Origin: an uncultured Desulfobacterales bacterium
GTDB taxonomy: Bacteria > Desulfobacterota > DSM-4660 > Desulfatiglandales > HGW-15
Reading direction: 5' to 3'
NCBI GenBank assembly: GCA_964443135.1
Contig: CAYUBQ010000005.1
Span: 13,692 to 77,691, forward strand
DNA length: 64,000 nt
In this document: piece after piece, positions 25,240 through 31,606 of the stretch
Position numbering within the stretch: the first letter of the stretch is position 1
Layout of the letters: the number at the start of each line of letters is the position of its first letter
The notes under the pieces: model-generated
Database searches by the model: none
The model's input: the letters and a program-made list of their open reading frames with translations, nothing else
Told to the model about the DNA's origin: nothing
Made by a program: the position numbers and the translations under genes

Positions 25240-25596
25240 ATGGCCAAGAAGATCCTGGTCGTCGATGACGAGCAGGCGGTCGTCCGGTACATGACCACCC
25301 TGTTCGAGGACCACGGCTACGAGGTCATTGCGGCGACGGACGGGGCCGAGGCCCTCGAGGTCCTGGACCATAGCGTGCCGGATCTCATCACGCTGGACCT
25401 CCAGATGGACAAGGTCTGGGGACCGCAGTTCTACCGGAAGATGAGCAGGAACCCGGCCCTCGAGGAGGTCCCCGTGATTGTCGTGAGCGGCCTCGCCCGG
25501 CCGGAGCTGGCCGTCAAGAAGGCTGCGGCCGTGGTCGGGAAACCCTTCGATCCGGACGAGCTCGTCCGGATCGTTCGAGAACAGATCGGCGAGTAA
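25240..25596 (+). CDS. Single-domain CheY-like response regulator
   Basis: Motifs KKILVVDDEQ, DLITLDLQMD, VIVVSG and VGKPF are all canonical receiver residues. GGAGAGGAGG RBS. Confidence 0.9.
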   Translation: MAKKILVVDDEQAVVRYMTTLFEDHGYEVIAATDGAEALEVLDHSVPDLITLDLQMDKVWGPQFYRKMSRNPALEEVPVIVVSGLARPELAVKKAAAVVGKPFDPDELVRIVREQIGE

Positions 25597-25601
25597 CCGC
25601 G

Positions 25602-25924
25602 TCAAAAATCCCGGAACTCCCGATCACTCATGAGGTCGCCGCCGGCCGCAAGGCCGTGCTTTCCCTTTTCGGGTTCCTCCCCGATCCGTCGCCACCTCTT
25701 TCGGAGCCGGGGGACGGGGCCCGCGTCCGCCCGGCCGCCGTTCGACCGGTTTCCTTCCCCCGCCAGGGCCGCCAGCTGTCGAATGATCTCCTCGAGCTGC
25801 TCCGACTGGCATTCATCTCCTCGGACGCCGACGCGGACTCCTCCGCCTGAGAAACGTTCTGCTGGACGACCTTGTCCCTCTCGGCACGGGCCTGCTCGCT
25901 GCATCCCTTCTCCACGCCGGCGAT
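25602..25924 (-). pseudogene. Frameshifted C-terminal remnant of a methyl-accepting chemotaxis protein
   Basis: Two minus-strand frames together read ...VVQQNVSQAEESASASEEMNA / QSEQLEEIIRQLAALAG...SDREFRDF*. This is the conserved end of an MCP signalling domain plus the usual acidic-aromatic tail. A 1-nt frame break lies in the Ala codon near 25808-25810. No upstream MCP sequence is present. Confidence 0.55.
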
Positions 25925-25929
25925 TCCTT

Positions 25930-25958
25930 TTGACACCCCCGTGGTTTTCACATATAAA
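25930..25958 (+). promoter_or_regulatory. Near-consensus sigma-70 promoter (TTGACA-17-TATAAA)
   Basis: TTGACA at 25930-25935, 17-nt spacer, TATAAA at 25953-25958. It lies about 100 nt upstream of ATG 26058. Confidence 0.55.
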
Positions 25959-26057
25959 AATCCTTTACCTTCAAGGGCTTTCGGCCTTTCACCGGAATCC
26001 GACAGCGTGGGGCAGGCCGGTGAAACCACGGGAGCCCGACAGTCGGGAGGTGCCGTC

Positions 26058-26759
26058 ATGTATCACGTGGCTTCCGAGGAAACGTACGAGGACGGAACGC
26101 TGATCTTTCGGGAGGATGCCCCGGGTGACTGGGTCTACGTCATCCTCTCGGGCTCCGTGGAGATCTTCAAGAAGATCGAGGGAAAGGAGATCGTCATCGA
26201 GATCCTCCAGGAGGGGGAGATCTTCGGGGAGCTGGGTTTTCTGGGACGTATCAAGCGGACAGCCGGTGCGCGGGCCGTCGGTCCCACCACCCTCGGGATC
26301 ATCGACCGCGCCTTTCTGGATGCCGAGTTCAACAAGCTCTCCTCGGAGTTCCGTTCCATCCTGGTGGCGGTGGTCAAGCGGTTCAAGAAGATGCTGGAGC
26401 GGGCAAGGGATTTCGAAGGACGCAGGGAGCCCCGAGTGCAGAAGACACTCAGCCTGGCCTTCAGGGACCGAAACGCCTTTGTCAAGGCCTACAGCTCGAA
26501 CCTCAGCTCGGGAGGGCTGTTCCTTCGGACCCGGAACCCGCTTCCCAACGGTGAGCGGTTTCTGCTCAAGCTCCAGCTGCCCGAGATGCCGGACCCCCTC
26601 GAGATCCAGTGCGAGGTGGCCTGGAGCCGGACCGCCGGGGGGAAGGCAGGAGGGGAACCCGCGGGAATGGGGTTGAAGTTCCTGGAAATGACGCCGGATG
26701 AGCGGCAAGCGTTGAAGGCCTATCTGGACGATACCCTGAGAAAAGAACAGGGAAGATGA
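26058..26759 (+). CDS. Cyclic-nucleotide-binding domain / PilZ domain fusion protein
   Basis: ATG 26058 (GGGAGG upstream) lies inside track ORF 25872..26759. cNMP-binding motif: GEIFGELGFLGRIKRTAGARAV. PilZ motifs: RREPR (RxxxR) and NLSSGG (D/NxSxxG). Confidence 0.8.
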   Translation: MYHVASEETYEDGTLIFREDAPGDWVYVILSGSVEIFKKIEGKEIVIEILQEGEIFGELGFLGRIKRTAGARAVGPTTLGIIDRAFLDAEFNKLSSEFRSILVAVVKRFKKMLERARDFEGRREPRVQKTLSLAFRDRNAFVKAYSSNLSSGGLFLRTRNPLPNGERFLLKLQLPEMPDPLEIQCEVAWSRTAGGKAGGEPAGMGLKFLEMTPDERQALKAYLDDTLRKEQGR

Positions 26760-26769
26760 GGAGGATCGC

Positions 26770-27684
26770 ATGCTGGAAGAGCGGGTTGTCTACCTGAACG
26801 GGGCGTTTGTCCCCTGGAGTGAAGCAAGGACCCACCTGATGTGCCACAGCTTCGGGAGGGGCTCGGCCATATTCGAGGTGCTGAGCGTGCACGAGGTGGA
26901 CGGAGGGGCCTCCCTGTTCCGCCTGGACCGGCACGTGGCCAGGCTCTTTCGAACCGCCGAGCTCCTGGGCATGGGACTCCGTCAGGAGCCGGAGGAGATC
27001 CACGAGGCGTGCCTGGAGGCCGTTCGCCGAAACGGGGTGAGCCGGGGATTCGTCAAGGTGATCTGCTACCACTCGGAAATCGCCTTCGAGATCCTTCCGC
27101 CGGACGGCCCTCTGGACGTCTCCGTCTTCGTGGTGGACCCGGCCGCGGACCTGGGCGGGCTCGAGTTTCCGTTCGACCGGGGCGCCTCGGCCTGCTTCTC
27201 CCGTTGGCACAAGCTGGACCCCCGGTGTGTGCCGGTCGAGGCCAAGGCGGCGGCCAACTACCTGAACGGCATGATGGCCCGGGCCGAGGCCCGCTCCCGC
27301 GGCTATGACAACGTGATCATGCTGGACACCCAGGGGTTCGTGGCCGAAGGCGGAACCGAATCGGTTTTCATGGTCGAAAAGGGGGTGCTCATGACCCCCT
27401 GTGCGGGCACGGTGCTGCTGAGCATCACGCGTCGATCGCTCCTCGAGGCGGCCGAGGTGATCGGGCTCCCGGCCCGCGAGGTGCGCATCCCCCCCGATCG
27501 CCTCATGGGGGCGGACGAGCTTCTCTTATCGGGAACGCCCAACAAGGTGCTTCCGGTGAGGCGGATCGAGGACCGGGATATGGAAGGGACGCCCGGTCCG
27601 GTGACCCGAAAGCTGTTCGATCTCATGAACGGGATCACGTCGGGAAAGGACGAACGATTCCGGGAGTGGCTCTTCCCGGTCTGA
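26770..27684 (+). CDS. Class IV (branched-chain/D-amino-acid) aminotransferase
   Basis: Motifs: VPVEAKAAANYLNGMMARAEA, DNVIMLDTQGFVAEGGTESVF, GTVLLSITR and LLLSGTPNKVLPV. Confidence 0.85.
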   Translation: MLEERVVYLNGAFVPWSEARTHLMCHSFGRGSAIFEVLSVHEVDGGASLFRLDRHVARLFRTAELLGMGLRQEPEEIHEACLEAVRRNGVSRGFVKVICYHSEIAFEILPPDGPLDVSVFVVDPAADLGGLEFPFDRGASACFSRWHKLDPRCVPVEAKAAANYLNGMMARAEARSRGYDNVIMLDTQGFVAEGGTESVFMVEKGVLMTPCAGTVLLSITRRSLLEAAEVIGLPAREVRIPPDRLMGADELLLSGTPNKVLPVRRIEDRDMEGTPGPVTRKLFDLMNGITSGKDERFREWLFPV

Positions 27685-27733
27685 GAATCCGCGTCTTGCT
27701 TTTTCCGACCGACCCCGTCGGGAGTCAGGCTGT

Positions 27734-28522
27734 ATGAGCGAACCCCACGTGCTCTATGACATTCGGGACCAGGTGGCCGTGATCACCTTGAACAGGCCCG
27801 AGGCGGGCAACGCCTTCAGTGAGGAGATGATCTCTCTGTGGAACCGGCGCCTGAAGGAGGCCCGAAAGGACGAGGGGGTTCGTGTCGTGGTGGTCACGGG
27901 CAGGGGCGACACCTTCTGCTCGGGAGGCGACATCCGGGACATGGCCGAGGGGAAGCTTCGGTCGTGGGACATGAAGCGGTTCGTGTGGGAAGGGGTCCAC
28001 AGGATCGCCCTCACCCTGGAAGACCTGGACAAGCCCGTGATCGCGGCCGTCAACGGGGCCGCCATGGGGGCGGGCATGGACATGGCCCTCATGTGCGATC
28101 TCCGGGTCTGCTCCGACCGCGCCCGTCTGGCCGAGTCCTACATCAACCTGGGGGTGGTCCCCGGGGACGGGGGCGCCTACTTCCTCCCCCGCCTCGTGGG
28201 CTGCGCCAAGGCCCTGGAGCTCCTGCTGACCGGCGAGGTCCTCACCGCGGAGCAGGCCCTGGCCCTGGGAATCGCCAACCGGGTGGCGCCCCACGAGCGC
28301 CTCATAGAAGAGACCCTTGCCCTGGCCCGCAAGATCGCCTCCAAGCCCCCGCTGGCGGTCCGGATGACCAAGCGTGCGGTGTACCAGGGGCTCACCGGAT
28401 CGCTCCGGGCCCACCTGGACGCGATCTCGAGTCAGCTCGCCCTCCTGAGCGAGACCGAGGACCATCTCGAGGCGGCCCGTGCGTTCCTGGAAAAGCGAAA
28501 GCCGGTGTTCCGGGGGCGATAA
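27734..28522 (+). CDS. Enoyl-CoA hydratase/isomerase (crotonase) family
   Basis: Motifs: ITLNRPEAGNAF, VVVVTGRGDTFCSGGDI, IAAVNGAAMGAGMDMALMCD and GVVPGDGGAYFLPRLVG. Confidence 0.9.
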   Translation: MSEPHVLYDIRDQVAVITLNRPEAGNAFSEEMISLWNRRLKEARKDEGVRVVVVTGRGDTFCSGGDIRDMAEGKLRSWDMKRFVWEGVHRIALTLEDLDKPVIAAVNGAAMGAGMDMALMCDLRVCSDRARLAESYINLGVVPGDGGAYFLPRLVGCAKALELLLTGEVLTAEQALALGIANRVAPHERLIEETLALARKIASKPPLAVRMTKRAVYQGLTGSLRAHLDAISSQLALLSETEDHLEAARAFLEKRKPVFRGR

Positions 28523-28548
28523 CCTGGATCCGTCCCGAAGCCGGCGAA

Positions 28549-28764
28549 TCAACCGCCGGCCTGTCCGGTCCTGCCGCCGTTCGAGACGCCGTTCCTGCGG
28601 TTTTCCTTGGTGAGCTCGTGGATGACGCACTGCGGGCGGAACTTGCAGTAGTTGGAGGGATCTGCGCACTCGACGCCGTTGTCCAGGCATTCCCGGCAGT
28701 AGCCGACGAGCATCTTCTGGCAGACGACTCGCGCCTCGCGGTCCGGGTGGTAGCGGCAGTTCAT
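28549..28764 (-). CDS. Small Cys/His-rich protein, B-box-like zinc-finger pattern
   Basis: The 71-aa protein shows C-x2-H-x8-C-x7-C-x2-C-x6-C-x6-C-x5-C-x2-H. GAGGAGGG RBS. It is the last gene of the minus-strand cluster. Confidence 0.6.
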   Translation of the reverse strand: MNCRYHPDREARVVCQKMLVGYCRECLDNGVECADPSNYCKFRPQCVIHELTKENRRNGVSNGGRTGQAGG

Positions 28765-28782
28765 GGTGTGAGCCCTCCTCGC

Positions 28783-29265
28783 TCAAGCCGCGGCCGAAGA
28801 CCGTTCCCTCACCCAGCGCCGCTTTGCCAGGGCGAACAGCAGTGCGGCCGCCAGGAAGAGCATCATGAGGCCGAGATGCGCAATGTCCACGAACATGGTG
28901 AAGGCGGGGGAAAAGGTCACGTCGGGCAGGTTCTTGAGCACCCGGACCACACCGGTCCCCACGATCCCGGCCAGAAGCAGCACCCGGACCCATCCTGCGG
29001 CGGTGAGCGCGTACCGTTTTCGAATGGACAGGGCGTACTCGGCCGCCATGTATCCGAAGAGCGCCAGAACGAGGACGGCGCCCAGGTAGTGGAGGATGTG
29101 CGTGAGGAAGAAGTCGGCCGTCCAGCCCAGGCCCGGAATGTCGGCGATGTAGTAGCGCTTGAAGATGGGCATCTGGCCGAGGCCCGTGAAGGCCATGCCG
29201 GCGAACAGGATCCCGAAGGACCAGCGCATCCACCTTCCTGGAAGAACCGCTTCCCTGACGTTCAT
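28783..29265 (-). CDS. Integral membrane protein (4 TM), possible quinone/heme-b subunit
   Basis: The 160-aa protein has four hydrophobic helices with conserved-looking His residues (THILHYLG, DIAHLG). Its start overlaps the stop of the FeS gene (ATGA at 29262-29265). Confidence 0.6.
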   Translation of the reverse strand: MNVREAVLPGRWMRWSFGILFAGMAFTGLGQMPIFKRYYIADIPGLGWTADFFLTHILHYLGAVLVLALFGYMAAEYALSIRKRYALTAAGWVRVLLLAGIVGTGVVRVLKNLPDVTFSPAFTMFVDIAHLGLMMLFLAAALLFALAKRRWVRERSSAAA

Positions 29266-30248
29266 GACCGGTCCTGCTTTCCTTTGGTGTCCGAGCCGCG
29301 GCCGGACGCCTTGAGAAAGCGGGCCGCCGCCGCCGCAATCCCCGCCACCGGGGCGATCACCATGGCCTTGGCCAGGTTGTCCGCGTGGGCCATGGCGTCC
29401 TCGACCGGCCTGAGGTGGGGACGTCCAGGTCCTTTCTGGATCGCCCGGTTGAGCTCCTCGAAGGGCACCGGGGAGACGTAGACGGTGTTGGTCCCGCCGT
29501 TCTCTTCCTCGCCGTAGATGTACCCGCCGATCTCGCGGGCGATGTCATGGGCCTCCTTCAGGATGGCGTCCCGCGGACCGATCTTCTGGACCTGCTCGGG
29601 GCAGATCTCGATGCAGGCGGGCAGCTCCCCCTTGGCCACCCGGTCGAAGCAGCGGTCGCACTTGTACATGACCCCGTTCCCGGCGAAGCTCGGGAGGAGG
29701 TCCAGGTAGAGGCCCGTCCCGGTCTGGCGCTGGGGGATGTGCCAGGGGCAAACCTTCTTGCACTTGCTCCCGCCCAGGCAGACGTCCGGGTGAATCCGCG
29801 TGATGCCGTTCTCGAGCTTCCGAGCCGCGCCCCACGGGCAGAGGTCCGCGCAGGGCGGGTTCTGGCAGTGCATGCAGCGCCGGGGAACGTTGAGGGTCTT
29901 TTCCTCGCCGTTCACCGTGACCCTCGCCTCCTGGATGAACAGCCAGTTGTAAGGGGTCAGCCGGTCCGTCACGTGCCGCCGCTCGCTCCAGTCCGAAACC
30001 TTGACCCTCGAGGGGTACATTTTGGGGAAGGGCTTTTCCGGCTCGGGGAACTTGGCCTCGTTGGTCCAGTTGCAGGCCTCCACGCAGGCCTCGCACCCGA
30101 TGCAGTTCCGGATGTCGATGAGCGTGGCGAGCTCCTTCGATGAAGCGCCCCGGACGGCGGCGGGCAGGGGAAGACGCGACGCGGTCAGGGCACCCGCTGC
30201 AGCGATGCCGGCTTTGAGGAAATGTCGTCTCGAGATGTCTCGAGGCAT
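29262..30248 (-). CDS. Tat-exported 4x[4Fe-4S] protein of the DmsB/NrfC/FdnH family with C-terminal anchor helix
   Basis: Twin-arginine signal SRRHFLKAGIAAAGAL. Cluster motifs: CIGCEACVEACN, CMHCQNPPCADLCP, CLGGSKCKKVCP, CDRCFDR...ACIEICP. The tail has a hydrophobic helix, AMVIAPVAGIAAAAA. No catalytic molybdopterin subunit is nearby. Confidence 0.85.
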   Translation of the reverse strand: MPRDISRRHFLKAGIAAAGALTASRLPLPAAVRGASSKELATLIDIRNCIGCEACVEACNWTNEAKFPEPEKPFPKMYPSRVKVSDWSERRHVTDRLTPYNWLFIQEARVTVNGEEKTLNVPRRCMHCQNPPCADLCPWGAARKLENGITRIHPDVCLGGSKCKKVCPWHIPQRQTGTGLYLDLLPSFAGNGVMYKCDRCFDRVAKGELPACIEICPEQVQKIGPRDAILKEAHDIAREIGGYIYGEEENGGTNTVYVSPVPFEELNRAIQKGPGRPHLRPVEDAMAHADNLAKAMVIAPVAGIAAAAARFLKASGRGSDTKGKQDRS

Positions 30249-30284
30249 GATGCTCTCCGCGATTCGTGGACGGTCGTTGTCAAA

Positions 30285-30312
30285 TCAGAGCCGCCCCGGC
30301 ACAAAAGGTTTC
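30285..30312 (-). promoter_or_regulatory. ECF (RpoE-like) promoter candidate, GAAACCT-N16-TCTGA
   Basis: Minus strand: -35 GAAACCT (30312-30306), 16-nt spacer, -10 TCTGA (30289-30285). It lies about 35 nt upstream of the FeS gene ATG, in the 103-nt gap after the anti-sigma gene. Confidence 0.45.
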
Positions 30313-30351
30313 AGACGGCCGCAGGCGGGCGGAGAGGATCGGGTCCGCTGC

Positions 30352-30606
30352 TCACGGACGGGAGGAAGCCCCCTGGGCCACGCAGTCGCGGAGGGCGGCC
30401 CTCAGGCGGAGTTTCACGTCGCGGGGGACCGATTCCCGCGGACATCGTTTCATCACGTCCACGGTCTTCTTCAGCGACTCGACGCACGCGCGACACTCCG
30501 GGCAGTCCCGGAGATGCGCCCGGATCTCTTCGCAGGTCGCCTCGTCGAGCTCTCCGTCCAGGAACTCCGAGATGTGTTCCACGTGCTTCATGCAGTCTTC
30601 ATGCAT
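30352..30606 (-). CDS. Zinc-finger (ZAS-type, RsrA-like) anti-sigma factor, soluble
   Basis: The 84-aa protein has HLRDCPEC (H-x3-C-x2-C) plus extra Cys residues and no TM segment. It overlaps the sigma gene by 8 nt. Confidence 0.75.
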   Translation of the reverse strand: MHEDCMKHVEHISEFLDGELDEATCEEIRAHLRDCPECRACVESLKKTVDVMKRCPRESVPRDVKLRLRAALRDCVAQGASSRP

Positions 30607-31210
30607 GGGGAACGTCCTTTCGATAGCGTTCCGTGATCTTTTCCCTCAGGTAGAGACGGGCTCGATGGAGCCTCGTCTTGACCGCCTGGGGGGTGATGTC
30701 CATGATGTCGGCCGTCTCCTCCGTGCTGAATCCCTCCATGTCCCTGAGGTTGAACACCATCCGGTAGATGGGCGGAAGGGAGTGCACCGCCTCCTCGATC
30801 ACCTCTTTCAGCTCGCTTCGGAGGAGGTTCTGCGAGGGGTCCTCGCTCCAGTCCGGGATGTCGTATCTCCCGGCTGCGCCCTCCCCCGGTACCAGGTTCT
30901 CGAGGCTGAGCTCGTAATCGGGCTCGCACTTCTTCTTCCTTCGCTTTCGAAAGCAGGCGTTTGCCGCGATCTTGTAGAGCCAGTTCTTGAGCCGGGTCTC
31001 CTCCCGAAAGTCCTCGAGGTAACGGAAGGCGCTCAGGAGGGTGTCCTGGATGATGTCCTCGGCGTCCTCCCGCTGGCCGCACATACGGAGACCGAAGTTG
31101 TAGAGCCCTTCTTCGTAGAGGTTCACGATCTCTTCCATGGCATCGGGGGAACCCTGCTTGAATCTCTCTACGAGCCGGTGTTCCTCGTCGGTGGTCGCAC
31201 GCTGGTTCAT
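30599..31210 (-). CDS. ECF-type RNA polymerase sigma factor (sigma-70 family, regions 2 and 4)
   Basis: Region 2: AEDIIQDTLLSAFRYLEDFREETRLKNWLYKIAANACF. Region 4: LPPIYRMVFNLRDMEGFSTEETADIMDITPQAVKTRLHRAR. Confidence 0.9.
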   Translation of the reverse strand: MNQRATTDEEHRLVERFKQGSPDAMEEIVNLYEEGLYNFGLRMCGQREDAEDIIQDTLLSAFRYLEDFREETRLKNWLYKIAANACFRKRRKKKCEPDYELSLENLVPGEGAAGRYDIPDWSEDPSQNLLRSELKEVIEEAVHSLPPIYRMVFNLRDMEGFSTEETADIMDITPQAVKTRLHRARLYLREKITERYRKDVPHA

Positions 31211-31214
31211 CTCT

Positions 31215-31243
31215 ATAGATCCGGTTCTCGTCGTTCAGGTTAC
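31215..31243 (-). promoter_or_regulatory. Second ECF-type promoter candidate, GTAACCT-N17-TCTAT, abutting the sigma gene ATG
   Basis: Minus strand: GTAACCT (31243-31237), 17-nt spacer, TCTAT (31219-31215). Only 4 nt separate it from ATG 31210, and no Shine-Dalgarno sequence is visible. Confidence 0.35.
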
Positions 31244-31261
31244 AAGAATTGACGGGTTCGC

Positions 31262-31294
31262 AAAAAACCGCTCACCCGCCGCTGGGAACGGTTT
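31262..31294 (-). terminator. Candidate intrinsic terminator (minus strand)
   Basis: Minus strand: AAACCG...CGGTTT stem with an inner CCC/GGG pairing, followed by a T-run (plus-strand A6 at 31262-31267). It lies 310 nt downstream of the CoA-transferase stop. Confidence 0.3.
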
Positions 31295-31606
31295 CATCCA
31301 TTGAAAATCCTGCGGCAGATCTCAAGGCCTCGGACCTCATGCGGCGTCGTCAGGAACTCACCGGTTTCGGCCGGAAACGGTCTGTGCCCGGTTCCCGGCG
31401 GCGCGATCGTGCTCACACGCCCGCTCGACCGCATCGCGGGAACGGGATCCTGTCTACCACACATGGGTGCTCGATGCAACGAGCCCGGCCGTTGTTTCCC
31501 GGCGGCGTCGAGGCCGTCGCCCGGGCATCCGCCCGCGAACAAAGGGCCCGCAATGGGAAGGATCGGCTTGACTGGTGGCCACGACTCCCTCGAGGTTTCC
31601 GCCGCC

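Noticed and set aside
31294-31542. 82-aa minus-strand ORF in the gap after the CoA-transferase gene
   Set aside because: It has no RBS, a Pro/Gly/Arg-rich composition and no motif. It is treated as non-coding.
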